A stretch of DNA of 64,000 nucleotides from an uncultured cyanobacterium (GTDB lineage: Bacteria; Cyanobacteriota; Cyanobacteriia; PCC-9006; JAAUQQ01). Where the stretch lies: the NCBI GenBank assembly GCA_963718615.1, contig OY970368.1, positions 5,504,001 to 5,568,000 of the forward strand, given 5' to 3'. The notes beneath the pieces are model-generated. The model was given only the letters and a program-made list of their open reading frames with translations. It was not told the origin of the DNA and made no database searches. Of the stretch, positions 8,765 to 20,355 are shown piece by piece. The position numbers were made by a program, and so were the translations under genes. The first letter of the stretch is position 1. Each line of letters opens with the position of its first letter.

Positions 8765-10003
8765 TTAGGCAGGAATCGGTTCGAGGGGCAGGGACGTCGG
8801 TACTTGCTGACGACTCCAGCGCTCCAGCATCCGAGCACAGCGATCCTCAACGATCACCTTGGCGTTGTAGGGTTGTGCGGCCCGCAGACAGGCTTCGGCA
8901 GTGTAGTGCTGCGGCTGTTGCAGAACTTGTTGGATCGTGGTGGCCACCGCTTGGGGCGATCGCCCTTCACAAATCAAGCCACTGCCCTCCGACAGCACAC
9001 GCGGGGTTTCGCCACATCGAGTGGAAACGACCGGAGTCCCGCAGGCCAAGGCTTCGAGAATCACCAGAGGAAGCCCTTCATAGAGGCTAGTTAATAGACA
9101 GATACTTGATAATTGATGAAGTTGGGCCAAGCGAGCCGGGGTAACGGGACCGAGGAGCGTGATGCGATCGCCCAATCCCAAACGCTGAATTTCAGCTTCG
9201 ACATCGGCCCGCATTTCCCCATCCCCAGCAATCAAAAGATGCACATCCGGCAATGGCAATTGGGCAAAGGATTGAATTAATAGGAGTGGATCCTTTTGGG
9301 GGTGCAATCGGCCAGCAAAGAGAATAAAGCGTGTCTCCGGTGCCAGACCTCGCTCGGCAGCAAAGGCTTGTCGTGCCATGTTCCGTTCGGCTGCACCAAG
9401 GGGATAAAAGACTTCTTCGTCAAAGGTATTGGGAACTAGGGAGAGGCGATCGGCCAAGTTGGGGTAGCGCTCACGATATTGCACCAGCGCATCCGTGTTA
9501 CAAGACCAAATTTCAGTAAACTGTGGCAATAACTGCTGCTCTAAACGAAGATAAAGCGAAGGGGCATGACGCCACAGAATAGCGCCCTTGCTCCCTTCCG
9601 TTCCCATTACTTGGGTATAGACATCATTTTGAACAAACCAGGTTTTTTCGCCGGACCAGCGATGTCCAACCAGGCAGGGCTCTAAGCGGTAAAAATGAAT
9701 AAAGTCAGACGAGAGATTATGCCTGAGCAGCGCCATCGTATAGCGTAGCGAGGTTGGAATCAGGCGTCGGTGATTGTCATCGGGGATATAGAGCAACGGT
9801 AAAAACTGTACGTCTCGCCCGCAAAATTCTCGGCGATGCCAGCGGTTCAGTTCAACTCCCGGCACCGCACTGACGCCCGCAAATCGAACTTCAAAGTCGT
9901 TGGGAATATATTTGAGAAAATAATTAACCATCGTTTGAATTCCCCCGATTGAGGAATTCCATGGATCATGTTGATATAGTAGGGAAATTGTAGGCTTACG
10001 CAT
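8765..10003 (-). CDS. Glycosyltransferase family 4
   Basis: FAGRLHPQKD, SLYEGLPLVILEALACGTPVVST; start taken at MRKPT. Confidence 0.92.
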   Translation of the reverse strand: MRKPTISLLYQHDPWNSSIGGIQTMVNYFLKYIPNDFEVRFAGVSAVPGVELNRWHRREFCGRDVQFLPLLYIPDDNHRRLIPTSLRYTMALLRHNLSSDFIHFYRLEPCLVGHRWSGEKTWFVQNDVYTQVMGTEGSKGAILWRHAPSLYLRLEQQLLPQFTEIWSCNTDALVQYRERYPNLADRLSLVPNTFDEEVFYPLGAAERNMARQAFAAERGLAPETRFILFAGRLHPQKDPLLLIQSFAQLPLPDVHLLIAGDGEMRADVEAEIQRLGLGDRITLLGPVTPARLAQLHQLSSICLLTSLYEGLPLVILEALACGTPVVSTRCGETPRVLSEGSGLICEGRSPQAVATTIQQVLQQPQHYTAEACLRAAQPYNAKVIVEDRCARMLERWSRQQVPTSLPLEPIPA

Positions 10004-10965
10004 GTTTTTTAACCTTCCAATAGAGGACGGCGGGCGAAACAACTACGAACGCAGGAAAAACAGAACAACGACCATCGAATCGATCAGTGCAGGTTAAGGT
10101 GCTGATCGACAGAGGACGTCAGGGCAAGCTCAATACGACCCATAAACAGCGCTGAGGGACTACTGGGCTGCTAGGTATATTGATTTAGCACAATGAATCG
10201 TGATGAAGAAAATATTTCAAATAGACTGATATAGATACACCTCAGAGCAATTCTGTTCCAGAAAAGATCTGAACCTAGACCCATAGCCTGTAACGTTTAT
10301 CTTGCTTAAGCTCAACTTTGAGTTCAGTCTTGAGAATACTGCGTATCGCAATGAAGTTAGTATAGATCAGCCCTCGGTTCTCGCTAGATCTGGTCAAAAA
10401 GATTCATCGATTCTTTAAGGATTTGGCAGTGAATTTACGGTGTTCTCTCTCAACTCACCCAGAGAAGAGTACGCTATCCGGATCTAATCGAGTTTAATTC
10501 GAATTTTAAAGACTCTATAAAAAATCTGATTTTTTCCGGATGGAAAGGTATTGCTTAGAAACACAGCCCCATACAGGTGCTAGAGACCTTAGTCTGTCCT
10601 GACTAGAATTAAGCACCACAAAAGACAACAAAAGATTGAGAAACAGTCAGATTAGATCGCAGGTCATGAATTCCCGTTGATGGCTATCTTTAAAGCCTTG
10701 TTAAAGAAACGGACCTTATTCAGTTCTTTTATTCAGCTATTTTGCTTATAAATTTTTATTCATCTAAATGCCTGCCAGTTTGGCAGCTCTTTTTCAAAAG
10801 ATTGAGCCACGATTAACCAAACGTTTGAGTCCTAATGGTTTTCTTTTGCTAAGCAAAAATAAGCAATTCAGGCTTGCTGTGCTTAATTTTAGACAAAAAA
10901 CCATTTAGCCTCATTGTTCTAAATGTTAGAGCGTTTGCAAAGCCGGTACCTGTCTTTTACTCGCC

Positions 10966-12438
10966 ATGACTACAGAAACCTTATTTCTTCAGCCTAGTTC
11001 TTCAACGACGAAGCCCTTTAACAATGTGGCCAACGGGACGGGAAGTCTCAGTTTTTATGACAGTAGTAAAAGCTCTACTGCGGTTCTAACGTCTACAGAA
11101 GCTCAAACGCTTGTGAGTGGTGGTGTAGCTGCTGCGATCGCCGAAGCAGCCGCTACTTATCTGGCGAGTCCAGATTTTTCCAATGTGTTCAATACCAGCA
11201 CCGTCATTGGTCAAGACGGAACCTATCAAGGGGTTGCGAGCAGCGCCGCAGAGATCCTGGCAACCTATGCGGTCAAGCCGGGAGATACACTGGACTTTAA
11301 TTTCAATGCTGATGTGGCGTTGCAGGCCACTGAAATCGAAAAGCCCAATAAGTATTATTCTTTGGTTGAGCAAAAAACTAGCTTTTTGGTCATTGATTTG
11401 GATCCGGCTCCATCCAATTGGTATAAGTGGTCGAAGTGGGGCAAACCTCAATCCCCTAAAATTATTGGCTACTTTGGCCTAACGGGGGATTTGGAATCTT
11501 CGAAGCAGTCTCTCAAGCAATCCTTGACGAAGAGCAATAATGTCCAACTGTTCTCCGATAAGAAGTCTTCTGATATCGATCGCAATAATGGTATAGACTT
11601 CCTTACGCGTCAAGTTTCCGGTAATTTTCGAGACAAGTTCTCTGACAGCAGCCGGATTGCCGTCGTGAAATTGACGACCAGTTTTGTCAAGGTAACCGGG
11701 GATGAATTGATTGATGGCTTGGGTCGTGACGTGACCTATGGAACCATTTTTAATGACACACTCTATGCTTCTTCTAGAGGCGGAAAAGTGTACGCTAGCT
11801 TGGGCGATGACACGCTAAAGGGCAGCAAGGGACAAGACATCCTCGAAGGCGGGGGCGGGAATGACAAACTCTACGGCGAAGATGGCAACGACAAGCTGTT
11901 TGGCGGGGATGGTAACGATTATTTAGAGGGTGGTTCTGGGGATGATTTTTTGATTGGGGGATCTCAGAATGACACTCTCAATGGTGGGTACGGGAACGAC
12001 AAGATAGTGGGTGTTGATTTCCGGATGGCCAATGCCGGAGCCTACGAAATCGATCAGTTGAGCGGGGGCGGATATCCGGGGGGCAATGTTTCAGACAAGT
12101 TTGTGCTGGGGGATAATAAGCAAGCCTACTACCAAGGGGGTGGAAATCAAGACTACGCCCTGATCAAAGACTTTGCAAAGGGTTGGGACAAGATTTGGCT
12201 GTACGGTGCAGCCGGGGACTATACCGTGGAATATGTAGGCTCAAGCTGGGGTTATAATCCTTGGGGATCTTGGGGCGGTGGCGGCGGCACGCCTTCCGAT
12301 GGATTGGCTTCCGGGTCACGCATTTATCGGACTGCGGGTGGGCAAAAAGATCTGATTGGTGTGGTTGAGAATGTCAATCTTTCTGGACAACTCAATTCGT
12401 CTTCGATATTCCAATACAATCAAACCGTAACGGCTTAG
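10966..12438 (+). CDS. RTX calcium-binding protein with unrecognised N-terminal domain
   Basis: GGxGNDxLxG repeats, EIDQLSGG..DKFVLG and DYALIKDF C-terminal motifs. Confidence 0.85.
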   Translation: MTTETLFLQPSSSTTKPFNNVANGTGSLSFYDSSKSSTAVLTSTEAQTLVSGGVAAAIAEAAATYLASPDFSNVFNTSTVIGQDGTYQGVASSAAEILATYAVKPGDTLDFNFNADVALQATEIEKPNKYYSLVEQKTSFLVIDLDPAPSNWYKWSKWGKPQSPKIIGYFGLTGDLESSKQSLKQSLTKSNNVQLFSDKKSSDIDRNNGIDFLTRQVSGNFRDKFSDSSRIAVVKLTTSFVKVTGDELIDGLGRDVTYGTIFNDTLYASSRGGKVYASLGDDTLKGSKGQDILEGGGGNDKLYGEDGNDKLFGGDGNDYLEGGSGDDFLIGGSQNDTLNGGYGNDKIVGVDFRMANAGAYEIDQLSGGGYPGGNVSDKFVLGDNKQAYYQGGGNQDYALIKDFAKGWDKIWLYGAAGDYTVEYVGSSWGYNPWGSWGGGGGTPSDGLASGSRIYRTAGGQKDLIGVVENVNLSGQLNSSSIFQYNQTVTA

Positions 12439-12550
12439 TGAAGAGAAAGAATGCGATCGCCTCTGCCGCATCTACACCATAGTGCCGAGGCGATCGCGTT
12501 CCTTTTCAGCGTAAGACTTTTGACGAAGGATCGCTTCTTGTGAAAAGGAT

Positions 12551-13807
12551 TTATTCCTCTTCATCGTCATCGTAATCCTCGTCTTCTTCGTCATCGTAAT
12601 CCTCGTCTTCTTCTTCATCGTAATCCTCGTCGTCGTCATCTTCATCGTCATTGTCTTCATCCTCGTCGTCGTAGTCCTCGTCTTCTTCGTCCTCGTCTTC
12701 TTCGGAATCTAAGGAATATTCATAATCTTCGTCAATTGCGAAGGTTTCACAGAGGCTATCTAGCTCTTCTAAAAAATCCTCTGAATCATCGATAGTTAAA
12801 TCAAAGTTGCTAATCGTAATTCTGTAATCATCTTCAGTTTCCTCCTCTTCATAGTCAAAGTAATAATCCTCTTCATTATCAATATAGCTTTGGCATAGTT
12901 CTTCTAACTTTTCAATAAAGCCTTCCGAATCATTTGTACGAATATAAAAATCATAGAGCAGAAGTGAGTCTTCACCCGCGAAGACGGAGTCTCCATCCTC
13001 CCAAATGTCAACACTAAAATCTAGATCGCTAATGGCTTTAATAATCCAAGAATCGTGACCGTTATAGTCATTGTGGATCACGTAGGAATAGGGAATATAG
13101 CAATAGCCTTTATCTCCCCATTCTGTACCCCAAGAGTTTCGTACAATAAACATGCGATCTTTATCGGAATAGCCCACACAGAGCATCGCGTGCCAGCCGT
13201 GGGTTTCGCGTACGTTGTCTGAACGCTTGGGCATAGGCACACGGCCCCGATGGCGGGTCGCTTCATCAAACGAATCAAAGGTATTGAGGGCAAAGGCGAT
13301 GGGGTAGCCTTCAGCCAGGGTATGCCGCCATAGGTTTAAATCAGTTTCAATTGCTTCAGCTTCAACAATTTTAAAGTTACTTGCTTGTTCATAGGCGCTT
13401 TTGTCAGGTTCTTCACAAATAAGCGATTCATCGTTTGCCCAGAGGTCTTCACAGCAGGCCCCATGTTCAATCAAAGCATTGATGGCGCAAAACATTTGTG
13501 AACCTTCATCGCTCTGTTCACAGCCTTCCTGGGCGCGGGCATTGTAGTAAACAAACAGACGACTGACATTCTCTGATTCACCCAGGTTGCGCTTGGCAAG
13601 ATATTCGTAGGCACCCACAAAGGCATTGGCCACACAGCTATTTCCGACCTGTTCTTCCACCTCAGTCATGTGCTTCCGCAAATCTACCCTGCGGGGCAAC
13701 TGCGCTGCTTGGAACCGATTATTTTGGTGGTATTTCGTATTTTCGGGCTTTTTACCGGGACGATAGCCCCCGATGCGACGATTGCGCACTGGCAAAAGAG
13801 TCAGCAT
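12551..13807 (-). CDS. Papain-like C1A cysteine peptidase with acidic C-terminal extension
   Basis: LPRRVDLR, QVGNSCVANA, GWHAMLCVGY, RNSWGTEWGDKGY; Asp/Glu tail. Confidence 0.92.
   Translation of the reverse strand: MLTLLPVRNRRIGGYRPGKKPENTKYHQNNRFQAAQLPRRVDLRKHMTEVEEQVGNSCVANAFVGAYEYLAKRNLGESENVSRLFVYYNARAQEGCEQSDEGSQMFCAINALIEHGACCEDLWANDESLICEEPDKSAYEQASNFKIVEAEAIETDLNLWRHTLAEGYPIAFALNTFDSFDEATRHRGRVPMPKRSDNVRETHGWHAMLCVGYSDKDRMFIVRNSWGTEWGDKGYCYIPYSYVIHNDYNGHDSWIIKAISDLDFSVDIWEDGDSVFAGEDSLLLYDFYIRTNDSEGFIEKLEELCQSYIDNEEDYYFDYEEEETEDDYRITISNFDLTIDDSEDFLEELDSLCETFAIDEDYEYSLDSEEDEDEEDEDYDDEDEDNDDEDDDDEDYDEEEDEDYDDEEDEDYDDDEEE
12560..12705. repeat. Imperfect 24-bp tandem repeats encoding a poly-acidic EEDEDYDD tail
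   Basis: TCATCGTAATCCTCGTC unit recurs three times within a longer TCN-triplet tract. Confidence 0.8.
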
Positions 13808-14014
13808 GATCCTTCGGCTCCTTCAGCATCAGGACTAAGTAATTTTACAAGGGGCTATTCAGCCTGTCCTAGGGTTAAAGTTCCCAATTCCGGCCTCGCC
13901 ATTGCTTGTGTCCTGCATCTTATTGAGATTGAATCCCCCACGAAGAGCTTCTCTTCTGCCTAGGGAATGCTAGGGGAATAAATTCACTTTGAAGGGTTGA
14001 GAGGCTCAAGAATC

Positions 14015-14254
14015 ATGGCAACAATTCGCAAAGTCAACACCGATCCCAGCACCACCTGGGACGATCTGAGTTGGACCGAGATGAACAGTACTGAACAAGA
14101 ACTCTGGGCCAAGCTAGGTTGGACCGAAGCCAGTTGGGAAGAAGACATTGATTCTCCTGCCAGCGATGACCAGTACTGGGCAGAGCTCAGCGCCACTGAA
14201 CGCCAAGCGGCCCAAGACCTGGGCTATACCCCAACAACTTGGGATGAAGAATAG
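14015..14254 (+). CDS. 79-aa acidic Trp-repeat protein of unknown function
   Basis: Two copies of W-x-E-[ML]-x3-E-x3-[WA]-x2-L-G-[WY]-T-x3-W-[ED]-E; GAGG RBS. Confidence 0.8.
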   Translation: MATIRKVNTDPSTTWDDLSWTEMNSTEQELWAKLGWTEASWEEDIDSPASDDQYWAELSATERQAAQDLGYTPTTWDEE

Positions 14255-14361
14255 TTCTTTGATCTTTCCGTAACACCAGGCACTCAGCGAGCAGGCTGGG
14301 AACGTCTCAAGCCTTACTTATCCCACTTCTGTTGCGATACTATATATCTTGCTCTTTGCTC

Positions 14362-16302
14362 ATGCAACAACTCATTAAGGGATACCCTCCTGCGCGTCGC
14401 CGTACGCGCTATGGTACTTTGGCAGACCGATGGCGCTATGGCTTTGATAATTTTATGTCTCGGGGAACCGCTGCCTTGGTCAGTGGTTTGATCCTGGCCT
14501 CGTTGGCTTTCATTTTGCCCATCAGTGTTTTGGTGAGCCTCGCAGGTATTGCTCCAGAGGGCGGCGATCGCCTCAGTCTACCGGAATCCATCTGGGCCGT
14601 GCTCATGCGCAGCCTTGACGCAGGGACCGTCGGTGGTGATACAGGCTGGGTCTTTCGTTTAACAATGCTGGTCGTCACCTTTGGTGGCATCTTTGTTGTG
14701 AGTACACTCATCGGTTTACTCAGCAGTGGCATTGACTCCAAACTTGAAGATTTGCGCCAGGGGCGATCGCGAGTCATCGAAACCGACCACATTGTAATTT
14801 TGGGCTGGTCGCTGCAGATCTTTACGCTGATTTCTGAGTTGGCGATCGCCAACGCCAATCGCCCCGATACCTGCATTGTCATCCTGAGCGAACAAGACAA
14901 AGTGCAGATGGAAATGGCCCTTTACGATACGCTGGGCAAGCTGCCTCGAATTCGATTAGTTTGCCGCACCGGTAGTCCGAGTAATATGACAGACCTCGGT
15001 ATCGTCAGTATTCAGACGGCTCGATCAGTCATTATTCTCAATTCCACTCAGGACCGTGCTGATACTCAATTGGTAAAGACTTTGTTGGCCGTTGCGAATA
15101 TTCCGCGATCGCTCCCCGAGCCCTATCATATCGTCGCCCAAGTTCAATCAGAAAAAACTTTAGAGGTGCTTAAGCTCATCAGCAAAAACCAGGAAGTTGA
15201 GCCTTTACTAACCCATGACTTAATCTCGCGCATTGTCGTCCAAACCTGTCGACAATCGGGGCTTTCGATTGTCTATATGGATTTGCTCAACTTTAGCGGT
15301 GACGAAATCTACTTCAAGGAAGAGCCTGCACTTCAGGGTAAAACCTATGACCAAGCACTCCTCGCCTACAACAACTCAACGGTGATTGGGATTCAAACCA
15401 TCCAGGGTGAAATTCAACTCAATCCACCCGGTCAAACGGTCTTGCAACCTGGTGAACGGTTAATTGTCATTAGTGAAGATGATGATACGATTTGTTTGAC
15501 AAATTCTGGCCATCGAGCCGTCGATGCTCAAGCCATTCAGCCTGCCAAGCCGATTACGCTGAAAGCCGAACACACTTTAATATTAGGTTGGAACGATCAA
15601 GTTAAAAATATTATTCGACAATTAGACCAATATGTTGCCCTGGGGTCTACCGTCACGGTGCTTGCCGAGTTGTCCGAGGAAGCACTATCGCGATCGGATG
15701 AATCCCTGAGCGAGTACAAACAGGCAGTACGTTATCTCTCTGGTGACCCCACAGACCGAGAGGTCCTCGAAAGTCTTCATTTAACTAAGTATAATCAGGT
15801 CATTGTTCTCTGTAATCCTAATTTAGATGCGGAACAGGCGGATGCACAAACGCTGATGACGTTGCTGCATTTGCGAGATATTGCCGATCGCCATCACCAT
15901 GATTTTCAGATTGTCACCGAAATTCTGGATGTCAAAAATCAAGCTCTAGCTCAGGTTGCTAGACCGGATGACTTCGTGATTAGTGAGCAAATTATTAGCT
16001 TGATGCTAGCCCAGGTGGCAGAGCAGAAAAGCATCAATGCAGTCCTCACTCGCCTCTTTAGTCCCGAAGGTTCGGAGATCTATCTTAAGCCCGCAGATTC
16101 CTATGTGACAGTAGATCGACCCGTTAACTTCTACACGGTAGTAGAAGCCGCCAGGCAGCGAGGAGAATCGGTGATTGGCTATCGCTGTCAAGGGGATGCT
16201 GACAATATGGCGAGAGCCTATGGGATTGTGATTAACCCACCCAAGGATCAGCCCATTCACTTTTCCTGTGAGGACAAGATTATCCTCTTAGCGGAAACTT
16301 AA
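14362..16302 (+). CDS. CASTOR/POLLUX (DMI1)-related putative ion channel with RCK domains
   Basis: FDNFMSRG, TM helices, pore-like LDAGTVGGD, HIVILGWS, QTCRQSGLS.VY.DLLNFSGDEIY, PEGSEIYLKP. Confidence 0.9.
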   Translation: MQQLIKGYPPARRRTRYGTLADRWRYGFDNFMSRGTAALVSGLILASLAFILPISVLVSLAGIAPEGGDRLSLPESIWAVLMRSLDAGTVGGDTGWVFRLTMLVVTFGGIFVVSTLIGLLSSGIDSKLEDLRQGRSRVIETDHIVILGWSLQIFTLISELAIANANRPDTCIVILSEQDKVQMEMALYDTLGKLPRIRLVCRTGSPSNMTDLGIVSIQTARSVIILNSTQDRADTQLVKTLLAVANIPRSLPEPYHIVAQVQSEKTLEVLKLISKNQEVEPLLTHDLISRIVVQTCRQSGLSIVYMDLLNFSGDEIYFKEEPALQGKTYDQALLAYNNSTVIGIQTIQGEIQLNPPGQTVLQPGERLIVISEDDDTICLTNSGHRAVDAQAIQPAKPITLKAEHTLILGWNDQVKNIIRQLDQYVALGSTVTVLAELSEEALSRSDESLSEYKQAVRYLSGDPTDREVLESLHLTKYNQVIVLCNPNLDAEQADAQTLMTLLHLRDIADRHHHDFQIVTEILDVKNQALAQVARPDDFVISEQIISLMLAQVAEQKSINAVLTRLFSPEGSEIYLKPADSYVTVDRPVNFYTVVEAARQRGESVIGYRCQGDADNMARAYGIVINPPKDQPIHFSCEDKIILLAET

Positions 16303-16305
16303 ACT

Positions 16306-17232
16306 TCAGAGGACGAGAAAGGATGCGATCGCCTCTGCCACCTCTACGCCATATTCTTCCCCTAGACCCAGGCTACCTGGGAGTTTAAGCATAGGAAAAA
16401 GAGCAGTGGGAGAAGAGGAAGACAGTGCCGTGGCGATCGCTTCCATTTCGGCTTTAGATGAGGGTGGAGCTTGGTCTGCAATCACGACCCCAATGGGAAT
16501 AGAGCATTGAGCCAACATCTGGAGAAATGCCTCCCGCGATTCGACTGGATCGAGCCCACCCGTGACAAAGGCGGCTGGGGCATAGCGGGCACCAGTTTTT
16601 TGGGTGTTCTGATGGCGTTGGGCAAGATAGTCGGGGGTGAGCTGAGTTGCGTCAACAAAGACGTGGCGACGGTACATCCATTTGAGAAAGCTAGGGCGGG
16701 TGTTGAGACCGTAAAGCGCTTGGCCTAGGAGGGGCGATCGCACCAGTTCCCGTAAGGCAGTCCGAACCCCTTTAGGCGCACCCATAACGGCCAGTGGCCC
16801 CCGCCAAGTCGGCGCAACGAGCACGAGTTTTGTGCATAGTCCTTGGTTCGCAGCCGTGAGGGCGTAGCCTGCGGCATGACCCGCAGCAATCAGGACAGGA
16901 GGCTGGGCTAGTTCCCGGATGAAGTCTTGGAGAAACTGATGGTAGAGAGTAGGTTCGTAGGACAGTTTGGGGCGATCGGAGTCGCCGAAGCCCGGCCAGT
17001 CGAGGGTGATGACTTGAACGCGATCGGGAAATTGTTGCAGCAACTGCATAGCCATAGCCCGCAGTTCGTGGCGGCTGGAGACGGTACTGAAGGCTGGCAG
17101 TAGCACCAGCGGTGTCCCTTGCCCCCAGGTTTCAAAACAGATGTTGAGGGCTTGGGTTTTCCAGGTCCAGGTCCAGGATGTGGTCTTGCTGGAAGACGTT
17201 GCGAGGGTTTGCGGAGCAGAGGCCTGATTCAT
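16306..17232 (-). CDS. Alpha/beta hydrolase-fold protein
   Basis: LLPAFSTVSSR, DWPGFGDSDRP, AAGHAAGY (non-canonical elbow); start at MNQAS. Confidence 0.85.
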   Translation of the reverse strand: MNQASAPQTLATSSSKTTSWTWTWKTQALNICFETWGQGTPLVLLPAFSTVSSRHELRAMAMQLLQQFPDRVQVITLDWPGFGDSDRPKLSYEPTLYHQFLQDFIRELAQPPVLIAAGHAAGYALTAANQGLCTKLVLVAPTWRGPLAVMGAPKGVRTALRELVRSPLLGQALYGLNTRPSFLKWMYRRHVFVDATQLTPDYLAQRHQNTQKTGARYAPAAFVTGGLDPVESREAFLQMLAQCSIPIGVVIADQAPPSSKAEMEAIATALSSSSPTALFPMLKLPGSLGLGEEYGVEVAEAIASFLVL

Positions 17233-17329
17233 GATGGTTGCACCAATGATGGATTTCAATCTCAATATCACCCAATTTATCCAAGCATGCTCCCCAAGTC
17301 TGCAATCATTTAATCCTTGGCCCAGATAG

Positions 17330-18088
17330 TCATCCGTGGCGAATAAATGCAGGGCCATAGGCTGCCGTTAGGGTATCTGGGTGTAGAACTTCCTCCGGGG
17401 AACCTTGATGAATCAACTGACGATTGAGACAAAGAACACAATCACAGTGGGTTCTGACCATATTTAAGTCATGGGAAATTTGTAAAATCGACCAGCCCTG
17501 TTCTCGTTTGAGTTGACTCAGTAAGGCATAAAACTCTGCTTCCCCTCGTACATCTAAGCCTGCGGGTGCTTCGTCCAGAATCAACAACTGTCGAGGACGA
17601 ATCAAGCAGTAGGCCAGTAATACTCGTTTGATTTCACCTCCTGATAAACTGCTGATAGCTTGGCGATGCAGATGGCTGGCTTCTACCTGGGCTAGCGCAA
17701 GCTGAACCGCATGGGATCGCTCTCGCCATCCCACCCAAGGAAGTTGCCAGCCTAATCGATCCCAGCCCAATCCCACCAGCTCCGCAACGGTCATGGGAAT
17801 CCGTTGATCAATCAAGAAGTTTTGTGGTAGGTAAGCAACATGATGGCGGAGCAAGGTTTCGGTCTTAGGACCCAGGCGTTGCCCCAGCAATGTAACCTGT
17901 CCAGCCTGATAGGGTAATAGCCCTAAAATAGCTTGAATCAGCGTACTTTTGCCTGCACCATTGGGGCCAATAATGGCCATGTCCATACCCGCAGGCAGCG
18001 AAAAAGAAATATCTTGGATAGCGGCTGTCTTTCCTCGATGGACGGTTAGACGTTCTACGGTCAGAATGGGAGGCATTGATGACATCAT
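17330..18088 (-). CDS. znuC: Zn/Mn ABC transporter ATP-binding subunit
   Basis: GPNGAGKST, YLPQ, LSGGE, LILDE, SHDL; follows the substrate-binding gene. Confidence 0.88.
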   Translation of the reverse strand: MMSSMPPILTVERLTVHRGKTAAIQDISFSLPAGMDMAIIGPNGAGKSTLIQAILGLLPYQAGQVTLLGQRLGPKTETLLRHHVAYLPQNFLIDQRIPMTVAELVGLGWDRLGWQLPWVGWRERSHAVQLALAQVEASHLHRQAISSLSGGEIKRVLLAYCLIRPRQLLILDEAPAGLDVRGEAEFYALLSQLKREQGWSILQISHDLNMVRTHCDCVLCLNRQLIHQGSPEEVLHPDTLTAAYGPAFIRHG

Positions 18089-18101
18089 AGGGGGGTTGGC
18101 A

Positions 18102-19148
18102 TCATGAGCCCGCAAAGGCTTGTTGCAGTTGAATAACATTCTCCCGCATGACGGTAAAGTAGGCATCGGGCCTAATACTATCCATCTCTCCCACTTCATT
18201 GGGCTGAAATGTACTGATGTTTACATTCAAATCTTGAGCTAAGGCCTGGAAGGGACCCGCTGTTGCTTGAGATTCAGTTAAGAGGGTTTTGAGCTCAGAT
18301 TTTTTTACGGCTTCCATGACTCGTTTGACATCATTAGGGGCAGGATTCTCTTCGGGAATTCCCACTAAAAATTCGACTTTTAAGCCATAGCGATCGGCAA
18401 AGTAATTGGCAAAGTCGTGATAGGTGACAAAGGTTTTACCTGCAAAGGGAGACAGGGTCTTCTGAATCTCCTGGTGAAGTGCTTCTAACTGTGCGTTATA
18501 GGTAGCAGCATTGGCCGTAAATTGTGCTTCACAAGTGGGCTGAGCTACGATCAAGCCATCGCGAATATTGTTCACTTGATCCATCGCTCGCACCGGATCT
18601 AACCAAATATGGGGATCGAATTCACCATGATCATGGCTCTCTGTTTCTTCGCCGTGATGTTCTGACTCTGTACCGTGATGATCATGCTCGCTCTCTACCA
18701 TGGGAATCAGATCGAGTCCTTCGCTACTATCAATAATCTTCAAGTTTGGATTGCCCGTATTCTCGATCATAGAGTCTAGAAAATGTTCAATTTCTAGGCC
18801 GTTTTGTACCAAGACATCTGCCTGTGACAGGCTTTGAGCATCACTGGGTTTAGCCTGATAATCGTGGGGACCAACATTGGTCGGCAAGAGTTGAGTGACC
18901 TCAGCGCAGTCACCCGCTACCGCTTTAGTGAACTGGGTCATGGGCAAAAATGTCGTTACAACCTTCAGCTTCTGCTCGCTGCTAGGGGCCGCATTATTGG
19001 CTAAGTCTTGAGCAGAGGTTTTGCCTGCGTTTTGGCCTGCGTTCTGGGCTACCTCTGGATTGGATTGGCCGGAGCAAGCACCTAGCACTAGGGCGATCGC
19101 CAGACCTAAAAATCGAACGTGAATGGATTGACCTTTAGCTAAAACCAT
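18102..19148 (-). CDS. znuA: Zn ABC transporter substrate-binding lipoprotein
   Basis: LGAC lipobox, GPHDY, His-rich loop, DPHIWLDP, TYHD. Confidence 0.9.
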   Translation of the reverse strand: MVLAKGQSIHVRFLGLAIALVLGACSGQSNPEVAQNAGQNAGKTSAQDLANNAAPSSEQKLKVVTTFLPMTQFTKAVAGDCAEVTQLLPTNVGPHDYQAKPSDAQSLSQADVLVQNGLEIEHFLDSMIENTGNPNLKIIDSSEGLDLIPMVESEHDHHGTESEHHGEETESHDHGEFDPHIWLDPVRAMDQVNNIRDGLIVAQPTCEAQFTANAATYNAQLEALHQEIQKTLSPFAGKTFVTYHDFANYFADRYGLKVEFLVGIPEENPAPNDVKRVMEAVKKSELKTLLTESQATAGPFQALAQDLNVNISTFQPNEVGEMDSIRPDAYFTVMRENVIQLQQAFAGS

Positions 19149-19156
19149 GGCTAAAA

Positions 19157-20272
<1,116 letters not shown>

Positions 20273-20280
20273 TTATTATA

Positions 20281-20301
20281 TGATAATGAAAATCATTATC
20301 A
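20281..20301. promoter_or_regulatory. Zur/Fur-type operator between hemB and the Fur-family gene
   Basis: TGATAATGA-AAA-TCATTATCA palindrome. Confidence 0.9.
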
Positions 20302-20355
20302 CTCAATTCGTCAAGAGAAAATGCTTCGTTTAGAAATGTTATTGAGAGGAAATCT

